Source: Takakia lepidozioides (lineage: Eukaryota > Plantae > Bryophyta). Taken from it: DNA of 64,000 nucleotides. The DNA lies in NCBI GenBank assembly GCA_030704615.1, contig CM060731.1, forward strand, positions 70,866,001 through 70,930,000, read 5' to 3'. Numbering within the stretch: position 1 is the stretch's first letter; each line of letters opens with the position of its first letter. The notes beneath the pieces were generated by a model that was not told the DNA's origin, made no database searches, and saw nothing but the letters and a program-made list of their open reading frames with translations. Positions 25,012 to 37,190 of this stretch are shown here, in pieces. Both the position numbers and the translations under genes were made by a program.

Positions 25012-28000
25012 CTATGGTGAGGATCCGCTATCACTGTCCGATGCATCCCCGCCCTCATGCAAGGATGGCTGCCTTCCACCTGCCTCCGAACCTGCACTGC
25101 CGCTACCGCTGTTACTCTGAGAAGCCCTCCCCTCAAAAATACCATCCTCACCAGCCGGAACTGTCCACCTGGGTGCGGAAGTCTCCTCGACATTCCCCTC
25201 GCTCTCGGACGCGGATTCTATTACGAACTTCCCTACTCTGCCTTTCACAATTCTATGTTTGGCCTCACGCCTCATTATAATTCTCTGCTCATTCCCGTAT
25301 GTCAATTGCTCTAAACGAGTAGGCCTATCCTCCCTCCTGATGGCTTCTTTGGCAGCCGTGTCTGCATAGGCTGGTAGAAAAAAGGGCTTCTGGGGACTCG
25401 CGAGAAACGATTTTCTGGCAAAGAATGGCCGATGCGATTCTGTCTCCTCCTCTGCAACAGGGTCCGATTTGAGCAAGTCTCCCAGCTTCTCCTCGTCGGA
25501 CGACTCTGCAAGGGCTGAGTGTACGCACAAACATAGAATGAAGTACATTAGAGAATTCAAACAGGGAATCATCGGCAGGTTGCATGGTCCCTACAACCGA
25601 AACCAATACACTTACTATGGTGCAACTCACTCGAAGACAGGCATTGGGGGAAGCGGCTTCGGGCGCCCCTGCATCGAACGAATTTCCCGGACTTCCTCCT
25701 CTTCATCTTCCTCCTCTCCTTCCACGTCCTCTTCTGCGTTTTTGGGATCCTCAGTCGGAGGCAGACGCTGAAGGCCCGCCAAATTGTAATCGTACAAGGC
25801 CGTATCCCCCTCAAATGAGAACACAAATCGGTTCGACATCCTTCCCGCCCACATACAGGCACCTGCGAATTCATACGACAACCACAGCCAAACTCAAGAA
25901 TGAGTCGCTTCCTCGCACAAGCAAACATACAGAAACGGAAATGGTGTCAATTTCGGTGCCGCATTCAATTAACGTTCTCACCTGTATTTGCAGTGACGTC
26001 AAGGACCCTGCCTTCAACATCCGTACACGTTTCCATGAGCGTCTGGATGAATGCAGGACTCCTGGTCCTGCCATACCTCCATGGCTTGCCCGACAAATCA
26101 CAAAGAATGTCCTTCTCTCCCACATGGTTGAACAGGACGTTATACTCCAGTGGATCAACTGTGGAATCAACAAGTCTTCCTGCTTCACGTAATTTGAATT
26201 TCGAATGTTCCTTCACGAAGCAAAATGCCTGAAAGATAAGAGTCTGCAGAGAAGGAAATGAAAAACGTCAGAGGTGGCCTACATGTACAGGGGCAATTTT
26301 GGCCAAGAAATTGACATAGCAGAGGAGAACCACAGCATACCTTCTGGCCATCGTTGAGAAGACCCTGCGTGTTGATGCAAGTCCAGATCTTTTTCAGGAT
26401 GGGTGCTGCACTTCTCCCCGTCCATACTTTGATATCATTCTCAGTGACTTCTCCATCGGCTGCTAGCACAACAACACAGCCAACGTCGTCCAACATGTTG
26501 GCTGCGAACCCGAATGTGTGGCTCCAGTATCGTTCGTCGTACTTGTTCCACCAGGGAACTGAGCCCAGCCCCAGTATCTCCTGCCCATCCGGGATATCCA
26601 CAAGGATCATGTCGATGGAGGCTTTCACCGCCCTGCCCCCGACTGTGCTCTTTTGCCGTGGCTCATCGCCACAAAATACTCCATCATCTTTGTGTAGCCA
26701 GGAGTGTCCTCCATATCATTGCCAGTGGCCTTCCTCTTCCCCTTCCCCTGGTGGGCCTCGATCGCCTTCCTCAAACTCGTTATCTCCAGCCTTCTGGTCA
26801 GAGCAGTTAGGAAATTTTCATTAACACACTCCACAATTGTGGGTGTTTTGAGGACTTCCCTGCCCGCAATCTGCACCGCACGGTAGGGTCTGCCAGGTGC
26901 ATCCTCGTATAGTGATCTCTTTGCAGCCGACCCCCGGAGCGCTGGCCCTTGTGAATTTTCGGACGAGGTGTGGGCCCCCTGGGTGTTTTCCTGCTGGAAA
27001 TCGTCGTCCGAATCCTCCTCATCTGGCTGACTGTTTGCTGCTTCTTCTTCTTGGGTGTGGGGGTCTTCGTCTCTTGCCCCTGTTTGCGCGTTCTTTTCTT
27101 CCTGTCCTTGGGCTGCTCAGCTGCCTGCTTCTCCATCTGCTCCTTCGCCAACGCTGCCGCCTTGGCTGACTTTCTCAGTGCTTTCTGCTTGGCTGCCTCC
27201 TCTGCTTTCAGTCTTTCCGCGTCCTCTGGTGGGGATCCGATTGCGCCTTCATAGCCCTGGCATTCGCTTCCTTCTTCAAGTTAACCTCCGAGAGGTCAAC
27301 GGTCCCACTTGGGAGATCCACATACCAGGGGCAGTTTACCAAATGCTCGGCATGCCACTCCTTCGCCATTACTTCTGTGTACATCGTTCCACGACCTCCA
27401 GGTGTCCTCCACGCCAGGAAGAATGGTGGAACCCTTTGAATGGCTCCGGACGGAATGAGTGCAAAGTTTATGTACCTGCAATCACGAGGCAGTTCAACAA
27501 AAATCATTCTACCGATGCATCATGCAAGTGGAAGTTGTCAATGCACAAGGTATTTCGGCACCGAAATACGGAGTGGACCGTGCCCCAATTACCCAGAACT
27601 CACATCTTGCAGAGGTATATTTCGGCGCCGCAATATCCATCGCTGCTTAACCAAATCATCTAAACTGCAAATAGGGGGATGCATTGTCAGCAGATTACCT
27701 GAACAGGACACGCATTGCCGCTTTGTCGGCACCCTCCTGCTCTTCGATGTATACGCTGCGTCTTGCCTTTGCAATTTCTCTGAAAAAGAGGTTTGCGAAG
27801 CGCCCTCGCCACGACTGCACGTAGTTCTCCATTGTCTCAGGCTTCGTCCAGTCGATCTGTAACTTGAAAGTGGTGGTGTTGCAGTCCAATTGCTCCTGGG
27901 CGTGGGTCAGTACCTGCATCATGGCAGGTTTCCAAAACATTCATGATTTTGAAATTGCGACGATGTCCAACACAGAATAGGAGAAAATTATACCTGATGC

Positions 28001-30070
28001 CACCAAGTCATGACATTGAGCCAGTCGTTCATTTTGTCGTCTGTTGGCTCGATGGGAAAGTGGTACAGCAGCTTCGTGTTTGTATGGCCGTTCCAGATTC
28101 GCAGCCACCTCGTCTGCAGCCACCTCACATCGGTCAGACAAGAGCTCCAACATAAGAATCGCGAGAAGTCACAAAACAAGAATAAACACATGCTTACCTT
28201 CTCCGCCGGCTCAACACAGGACACTGCGATGTGATGAAGTTTCTCCATGGACATTTCCGGTTTCATGGGTCTGGAGTAATGCAGTCCTATCTCCGCCAGG
28301 AACTCGGCACCAAGACCAGGGTCAGCGATTGCAACTTGCTTAACAAGTTTGGACCTGTACTTGGTCCGGGATTGCTTCCCTGCCTGCACAATATGACTCT
28401 CTATCGACGCGTCCGCCTTGTTGGGGGCATCATTCTCAAAGAACTGCCTTTTGGCATAGGCCAAGTCATCCCTGATGTTCGTCTGCATTCCCATACCCAG
28501 CAGATACAGTCAGGCCACGGATCCCTGCAACAAATAACATTAAATTGATACTGAAATTTGAGATGAACCTCACCGAATAGAGGATCTCCACCATGGCGTC
28601 CAGTGTTGGTCGGTACCAGGTGCGATCTGCTTTCGCTAGGGACTTCCTGTACAGCTCGGGATCGAGGGACTTTTGGAAGTCCGTCAGCGGAGCTGTCCCC
28701 ACTTCTTGCACTCTGTAGAGCGTATGTGCCAGATGAGTTTCCACGAAGGCCCTCTCTGTTACCCTGCCATGGAGAAAAAAAACAACATGAAAATATGATT
28801 TCGGCACAGCAATCCAATTTCCAATTCATAGAGTGCATGACAGTGGTGAACATTGCCTATTTCGGCGCCGCAATAGGCAGTACACAAGGATGTAATTGTA
28901 TACTTACAGATTTATATCCGCCATGGCACCCTTCAACAGTCCTCTGTCCCTGACGTCCACCTTCACGACAATGCAGTCCACCATGTAATGCCAACTGATA
29001 TCTTGCGGATGCATTTCAGCAATGTACTCTGTCCAGGCAAGCATCCTGTGGTTCCCGTCCCAAACGAAGAACATCTTCCCTTCCATGTGTGCGAATGTGG
29101 GATTAGTCTTCAGATAGGCTTCAAACTCGGCATTAACAGTGTGCCAGTGGGGGCCCCAATTCTGAAGCTCCTCTGCAGTGGGGCCCCTTGTGACACCCTG
29201 GTCATTCTCAATGGAAACGTAGAATGCTGCCGACCCCGTCTGTACCCTTCTCTGAAGTTGTGCTTCAGTCGATCGATATCCCCTGGCAGTGCTTGCCTTA
29301 CAACTGGAAGGCTTACCATGCGACACAAAGGAACTTTAAGGTTCTCGGGATACACCATGGAGCCCAAAACGCGGCCTATGTTGCTATGAGTCTCTGCCAG
29401 CAACCTGTTTGCTGCTATGTTCATGTCTCGTGCGCTCATGAGCATACCCGCCACCAGTTTCTTACTTGTATCACCTCTGTCACTTCCCTCACCCCTCTCA
29501 CCAGCCTGTGTACTGTCCTGGAGGTTTTGCTCCTCCGCAAGATCCAGCAGGTTCTGATCGTCGCCAAGTCGTACCACGTTATCGTCCTCTCCTTCTGTCA
29601 GTTGAATGGGCCGCCCTTCTGCAGATCCGACTCCCACATCTCCAGCGGCCCACCGCATCTGTGTTTTCTGAAATTGACTGCAAACCCAATACCTCCGCTT
29701 CCAGTCTCCCTAGGGGTTTTACTGGCGAAGCCATGGGCTCCTTCTGCTTTCTCGGCTTCCGAACTCTAGGTGGGCTTTTCGGAGGCGATATCTGAGGTGT
29801 TGAATGAGGACTCGTCTGCCTCGATGCACTTCCACCTTTGTGAGCGCAGCACCCGGGCAGGAGTATCCAAAGTTGACTGTGTTGCCTCGCCCCCCTGCGA
29901 TCCCTCCCCAGCTCCCATGTCAAACAAACAGGAAAACATGAGACACTGCACGCCAAAACAAAGGTGTCAAAGGAATATTGCGTGGAGTGCTTCACATCCG
30001 CGAAGCACGAATCTCTCACTGGTGGGCGATCCGAGTCTCCGGATAACGACGTCTGCATTTCATGCATGAG
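25012..30070 (-). CDS. Multi-exon gene: ParB/Srx-like domain plus beta-class amino (N6A/N4C) methyltransferase-like domain plus acidic tail; frameshifted in this assembly
   Basis: ParB-like: VVRQALPGDIDRLKHNFREGY...FFVWDGNHRMLAW (DGNHR at 29045-29059). MTase-like: SIDMILVDIPDG (DIPD at 26587-26598). GT-AG introns at 26340-26244 and 25981-25863 splice in frame to ...RSPAFIQTLMETCTDVEGRVLDVTANTGACMWAGRMSNRFVFSFEGD. Gene ends are approximate. Confidence 0.75.
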
Positions 30071-30429
30071 ACGGAGCTTAAGTCGTGTCGTCGGCGGCTT
30101 CCCAAAATCCCGCGTCCTCCTCTTTGCCGGAGTGCCTGACCTTCCACAAACTCTATGCTACCACTATGCCGCATAAGGAGAGGAAACGCAGGAGAACGTC
30201 ACTGCAGAAGGGCAAGGAGCGAGAGAGCGAAGCGGTGGAACATGCAACCACTATGCACGAGCAGATGCGTAAGCAGCCACGTCTCCCGAAGCGTTGCCAC
30301 CGTCCACCACTTTCTGCCGTATGGGTGATGAAGAGATTGTGACCCCTGACACGTTCGCACGGATGAAGTCGACTGGAACACGACGCGTGCCAGTTCCAGC
30401 CACCAGTGTATGACGGTTTATCCGAATTG

Positions 30430-32360
30430 CGGCACCGAAATACGTTCCGTTCACCGGATGCGGTTCCCGGAGCAGCCGGCATTGAATGAAATATCCGCAC
30501 ATCATGAAACCCAACCGCCATGAAAATCCCTGCATATGACATTCAACAGTCAGGTCGGTACGTTTCATCAGCGGACGGATGAATTTCGGCGCCGAAATTC
30601 ATCCTATTCAAGTGCTTTCATACACAAACTTACAAATTTCGGCGCCGCAATTCATCGCTTTCCAAGTCCTCATTCGTCATGAGCAAACCTGTCGGTGGGA
30701 TATCGGAGCCGGAATTAATTCCGGGACAACGGAAACGGCTGCACTTCGGCACATTTCATCCATATTTCGGCGCCGAAATTCATTACGAATATGTCCGTCC
30801 ACGCGTAGACGAGGTGAAATCATCCATTTCGGCGCCGAAATTCATCGCTTCGCAAGTCCTCATTCGTCATGAGCAAACCTGTCGGTGGGATATCGGAGCC
30901 GGAATCAATTCCGGGACAACGGAAACGGCTGCACTTCGGCACATTCATCCATATTTCGGCGCCGCAATTCATTACGAATATGAGCGTCCGCGCGTAGACG
31001 AGGTGAAATCATCCATATTTCGGCGCCGAAATTCATCCAGAGCGAAGATTAAATCGGCACGATGCTATGCTTTGCCGCCATCATTGCCCCTGACGGATGC
31101 TGTCCATGACTGTTGGACTTGCCATTTCTGGACATTTAACTATAATTTCGGCGCCGAAATTATACTTTATGTGCGGCAACGTCCCGTGCGAAAAAGACCA
31201 CTTCATGGATACTGTCGGTTTCAAATGAAAAAAAACGGTAAAATGCAATTAATTTTGACAGAAGTGGTTTAATATGCCGATTTTTCCATTAAATGCAGAA
31301 TATTCCTGTTATATTCGTCGGAACGGGGTATTTCCAACGATTTACGGAAAATTATCATCCAAAACCAAAAAGTAAGTGCCGGGTTTGGACGAATTTCGGC
31401 GCCGAAATTCATCCGTCGCATAGAAAATGTAATATTAGAGTTACTCATTGCGGACAGTAAGGATGAATTTCGGCGCCGAAATTGATCCATTTCAAAGAAA
31501 AATAAATATTGGAGGGAAGGCATTGGATGAATTTCGGCGCCGAAATCCGCCGCTAAAACCCTGAAAAGAATTTGGAGGGATGAAGTCGCTGAATTTCGGC
31601 GCCGAAATTCATTGCTCGCGAAGGAAAAAAAAAAAATTCTGGAGGACTTCGATGAATTTCGCGCCGAAATTCATTGCTCGCGAAGGAAAATAAAAAATAT
31701 CTCCTGGACTTGGAATGAATTTCGGCGCCGAAATTCAATGCTCGCGAAGGAAAAAAAAAAATCGGAGGATTTTGGTTTGAATTTCGGCGCCGAAATTCAT
31801 TGCTCTCGAAGAAAAAGGAAATTAAAAGGGAGTACTTGGATGAGATTCGGCGCCAAAGTTCATCTGTCGCAAAGAAAAATAAAAACAGAAAGGACTTCCG
31901 ATGAATTCTGGCACCGAAATCCATACGCAGGGCAGCAGAATTAGGGTCGGAAAAGGAGATGAAGAATGAATTTCGGCGCCGAAATACATCCATTCTGCCG
32001 AATCAGGATTACTGTCATTCGGAAGTCGGCACCGATATCCGGACACGTGGTCAATCACGACTGTAATCAGGAACACATTTATCCGTATTTTGGCATCTAA
32101 ATTCAACCCATATGTGCAGATACAATTTAATGAAGAAGAAGTTCATCCGAATTTCGGCACCGAAATCCATCCGTTGGGTGCTTGGTCAGTTTTATGAGGT
32201 AAACAAATTACGATTTCTGTTGCCAGAATTCATCCCTTGGCTTCCAAAGCTGTTACATGACAGAGATGTTCATCCAGATTTCGGTGCCGAAATTCATGGG
32301 AAGGCCTGATTTATTGTACCCCAAGTGGTTGTACATTACAATTCAGGCACCAAATATCCG
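30430..32360. repeat. Dense array of the palindrome AATTTCGGCGCCGAAATT between the two divergent genes of the MULE
   Basis: More than 20 exact or variant copies, including the perfect 28-mer GGATGAATTTCGGCGCCGAAATTCATCC at 30577-30604, a ~190-bp tandem duplication (~30634-31020), and ~63-bp units (31465-31970). Confidence 0.95.
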
Positions 32361-32545
32361 ATGTGAACTTGCTGTTTTCGTCCGTTTTTTTAACGTACGT
32401 TACACACCTTCATCTTTACGTGCACTGATCACCCATCATGTTGGATACGGAATCCTCCAGAAAATCATTTGTGTTATTAGGTAGGACACACTCTTCTCAT
32501 TGCAGGACTTCGCTGCGGAGCGTACCGAGAGGTCCCGTCTTCAAA

Positions 32546-35500
32546 ATGGACTCCCGTGTTTGGGTCAACGTGTACTTCCATCCTGATTCTCTGAAAGCTA
32601 AAATACCTGCGACCAAGGATTTGCGATTGTCACTGAGCAGTACTTGTGTGTGAAGTTCGGGCTCCGCCCTGGAACGGTGTTTTTGGAAGAGGAGACGAAG
32701 GATGCTTATGGAAATTTTCTGGAAAGTGCCGTCATTCTGCATGCAGATTTCGGAAAAGGCAAAGAGTGGCGGCTCCCAGCTTCTGAATCCATCCGGTACA
32801 GTGCCATTGGTGAAATCGTGCCTAAAGAGTTCCCACGCTGGAACTTGGTTGATCCTCCTTCCACAAGAGGGTCTGGGGTGCAAGATGTGAAGGATGTGGG
32901 CACCTCTTCACAAGCAGAGAAGCCCAAACATGTGAAAAGGGAAATCCAGGAAAACAGGGAAACAGTCGTCCAGGACTTATCCAGTGACGATGAAGACTGT
33001 ATGGTCCTTCCATCGTATGTTTCGAAGTCGTCCGTCACTAGGAGTGTTCAGCATACACCGTCCGACTCAACTTCCGTCCGCTCAGTAATCGACATATTGC
33101 GGAGGATGAAGACAACGGGTTCCCGCTCCAGTGACCTTCTTAGGCTTGATTACGACAAAACTCCAATCCATTCTGTGGAACTTTGCCTGATGTTGTGGAT
33201 GGGAATGCTATCTACGAGTTCCCTCCAGTGCCGGCAGGCGCAGGCCCAGACGGCATGCTCGCAGGAATGAACAGGAAACATGACGGCCACCCTTGGTGTG
33301 TCACCAAAACTTCATCGTCCAACCTGGGTGATGGAGTTCGAGTGAGATATGTATTGTGTGCTGGGCATCTTAAATGTTTCTCGAGCACATGTTACCATTA
33401 CACTAGCAAAGGCACCAGGAATGAGACTGACTGGATTGGCAATTCGTCGACCCCATTTTGGCCTCAAGGTAGAGTTCCTGCAGGGACGTTCAAGTGTGCC
33501 CATTGCAACGCAGCCCCTACGTGCATGGCAGTGTGCAACGCCAAGCAGTACTACGTCGGGACCGTCGGCCCAGCGTGCACCAGAGCATGCATTCACATCG
33601 GAAAGCATGAGCACCCCCTCGCCAGAGGCAATTGCAGAGTCGCTTTTCAACAAGCCCAGGATATTATCAAGGAGGAGGTGAGGTTGAGGCCGGGTGCAAA
33701 ACCAAAGCAGATACAGCTCGCATCGGCACATAGGATTGCAATTGGCAGAATAATGTCGGAGGACGGAAGCACAAGAGAGAAGCTGGGCGAGGGGGACATG
33801 AAGGACCTGCTGGAAGCTGTCTCCCATGTGTGCAGCCCCAATGTCAGGAACCACATTGTCAGCTGCAAGAAACGAATCGGAAGAGGATCAGACATGCACT
33901 CCATCTTGGAAGTGAAACGCACATGCGGCTACGACTTCATCCAAGGCAGCTTCTTTCCTGGTCAAGGCTCGGAGATGGACAGGTGCTTCATATTTAAGAT
34001 GTCAACGTGCGGACCGGGGAGCGGCGTCGATTTGGTGAAGCGGATGACCAGTGGAGACCTCTCAAATTGTTGGGTCATGTTTGACCACATCCGGCGAATT
34101 ACCAACCACGATTGGGTGACAATGGGGGCACATTGTATACGACCCACATTGCAGAAAGTTGAGGACCATGCTATCTGCGAAATGAAGGGAGAAAGATGAC
34201 ACAGATTCGGGAGTTGCATATGGGGCGGGCATTAATGAGCAAATGGCGAAGCCAGTTGCCCCCTCCCGATTTTAGGGGCTTCATGGCTGACAATGCCCAG
34301 GCAAACTGGGCTGCAGTTAGGAGGTATATGGGACGACCCAAAGACTCCAATGGAAGGAAGGAGAGATCTCTTCGGGGGTTCCACTTCATGCAGAGTTTGA
34401 CGCAAAACACGAAAAGGTTCGTGGCGTCACGCCACCGGCAGGCAGATCATATCAGTATGTGCCTAGCGTGGGAAAAATGCGAATTCCATCGACGAGGCGG
34501 AGACCGAGTTTGCAACCCATACGCGCCTGGGGTGTCTTCAGGGCAGTGGATGTGAAAGATCAGCCAGAACTGCAAACGTGGCTTGCGTGGTGGCATTATA
34601 GATTCCGCCAGTTTGGAGACTACATGAGACAGTAACACATTTCTGTACTTGACAATTGTTCTGTTTTGTGCTTGGACATTCTCACAATCAGTGACATATC
34701 TAATTTCTTCAACAGGACATGAGCTTGGAGGATGACACGGATATGCCGACGACGAACATGGCCGAATCGGTGCACTCTTCCTGGCGTGCTTCCTCTGCAG
34801 CACATCTCGTTGACATGTTGACAGCAACAACAGAAGATATTGTGAGGGCCATCATGCAACAATCTCATTACTACCAGTTTCTGGGAGGAAAGCAAGGGGT
34901 ATGGACCAGACAGGCAGGAGATGCTGATGAGGGCGGCGCATCGTTCGACCGATCCCAAAAAAATGGACTGCTGCATTGCGGGAAACTATAAGGTCAACGC
35001 CGTTACACAGTCGGGGGAACTGCCTGGAGGGCGATGTCCGCAGCCGGCCGGTGAAGAGAAGAATTGAGGACATGCCCGGAGGGGATGGGGATTCATGGAG
35101 ATCAGATATGAACATCCGCACTCAACCTCGGGCGCAACGATGTTGCGTCCCACGCCTCCACGAAGCAGGACTCGTACCCCTCTCCTGCAGCATCCATGGA
35201 ATCGCTGCCAGACTCGGGACAACATGCCGAGGATGGCATTCTGCTCCTGTTTTCGTTACCCAATACAACATTCCAATCGTGGAGCGAGATGTGTCGGCAT
35301 CGCAGTGGAGAATTGCACGGACCCGTCCGACATTTCGTGGCAAATGTTGTGCTGTTCGTGTCGACACCAACCAGAGATGCAATGAGATGATTCGGAGGAG
35401 CCCGCAGGGCGGTGTGCCTGCCCCTTGCTTCACAGGGAGATTTTGTGTGCGCAAAGTTTGTGGAGGCCACACTGAAGGAGTTTTGGTTCTGCAGGCACGA

Positions 35501-36137
35501 CATCATGTCGTGTGTGTTCGGCAAGCCCAAGTATGGTGTACAAGGCATGCCTGAACCACCGGCAGTCTGGCCTGTGGCAAGTGGTACAGATCTTACCCTG
35601 GAGGAGGCAGACGCTCTAGGAAGTGCAGGGTTTCGACTGGTGGAGAGGACAGACGTTCCACGAAATCCAATTCCCAATCGTCATCCTCCTCCCACGAGAA
35701 GCTCTTCGCCCCGCATACCGGTGGGTGACCCCAGCTTGCCCACCCATCGGTGGGGTAAACTGAAAAGACGGCGGCCACCAACAAAGGCGAACGACACCAG
35801 GATGGCCAACGCTCTTGCAATGCCCTGCATAGTGCAAGGTTGCAGGGATGTTCCTCACCCCGGGATGGGGCGCATATTTCAGTTGTCAACAAGCCGGGTC
35901 TGCTGCGCGCAGTGTCGTGTATGCAATCACGGTTTCACAGTACCCAGCTGGTATGTGAGGACTTCCTTGTTATGGAATCGAGGAATGCAGCATACGTCCC
36001 CTGCAAACACCTTTATTACATTTTTATGAAGCGCATGAGAGTTGCATATCCGCAGTGGACGTCTTCATCCATGCTCCAACACTGAGTTTCAACGAGCTGC
36101 ACAAGGCCCTACGCAGGATACTGGTCGGACTGCTTGA
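32546..36137 (+). pseudogene. MULE-type transposase (GCM-like DNA-binding domain, DDE core, C-terminal SWIM), frameshifted
   Basis: HDGHPWC...CAGHLKC...CAHC...HIGKHEHP; WVMFDH, FMADNA, GFHF, TTNMAES; PCKHLYY. Colinear with the intact paralog at 57234-60811. Confidence 0.85.
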
Positions 36138-36573
36138 CATTCCACATTCGGGAAGGAGTTAGTGGCAATATATTACATTCATCTTCTTGCACCCTATTTT
36201 TTTGTGAGGCATTATACACTTGGTGGTGCCGCATCGCCATGGCTACATGTGAATTTCGTCCACCTTTATGAGAAGACTCCAATTTGCTACAAATACATTG
36301 TTACTGTTCTGCAAATGTGATGCCTTTACAAGATTGCTAGTTCTGTGTCCCAGTGGGAAGGGTCCTACTGCACATTCCAGCATTTGCATACTGCACCTTG
36401 TGCAAACAGCAATCCATACGACAAAGGACACGTCCCAGCATACTGGCAGTGAATTGCAAATAACATTAACAGAAGATTATCGAAGCCTGTATATTCCCCA
36501 TATGGCACAGGGAAAGCTGCTGATTTCTGAATGAAAATGTATGTGCCATGAGTGTCAGCAAGTTGAAACATGT

Positions 36574-37190
36574 CTACTCTAGCATGCAAGACCTATGGTC
36601 CCCTCGCCAAGAAGAAGGAACTCGAACTGGCCTCTCAAGGACCTCCTGAGTGACGGTGGTGCCTATATTTGAACAAAATGCAGTGGTTTCTGTCGCCCGG
36701 TTGAAACTAACGAGGATGTCGTGTTTATCGATAGCGCCCCCTTGGTAGAAGGACATTTTCACAGTGGGCCCTGTGTTCCCCTCCTCCTCATCCTCATAAC
36801 TGAAGAGAATGTCCCCACTTTCCGAGCCAGTCCGTCGTCCACGCGTAAAGTTTCACCTATGCACTCATCATCCGTCCACTCGCAACAATTCCAGCGATAC
36901 AGCAACGCTGTGCGTGATCTGTTCGGTCCCACACATGCGGAAAGTCCAGGTCCATGATGCGTAGGAACCACCTGCTCCCCAGCCGGGGGGTCCAGGAGAG
37001 TCGTGCAATCCTGGAAGAAACTCCATTGCTCTCAGCTGGACAAGTCGAGGATCTTCCCTGTAAACATCCAGGAAGACAATGATGTCGTCTGCTTTCGGGA
37101 AAATGACTCCCGTCGGCGTCGATAGATGTGATTCGGCACGACATGGCCTCACGACACAACACGAACTCAAAGCAGGGAGGACATGGGCAC
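36574..37190 (-). pseudogene. Small cargo ORF of unknown function (frameshifted), paralog of 38843-39400
   Basis: RTALLYRWNCCEWTDDECIGET and KMSFYQGGAIDKHDILVSFNR align with RTAMLLRWNCCQWTWVVSIGET and KLSIFDGGMIEGHDIVVNINR. Confidence 0.7.

Noticed and set aside
25012-30070. Bacterial contamination as the source of ParB/MTase motifs
   Set aside because: The motifs are split by in-frame GT-AG introns and lie within a TSD-bounded MULE.
30577-30604. Direct homology of the palindrome to bacterial parS (TGTTTCACGTGAAACA)
   Set aside because: Only TTTC...GAAA is shared and the core length differs, so it is treated as analogy only.
30430-32360. CRISPR-like look (palindromic repeats with ~40-bp spacers)
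   Set aside because: Spacers are related to one another, repeats are degenerate, there are no cas genes, and the context is a eukaryotic transposon.
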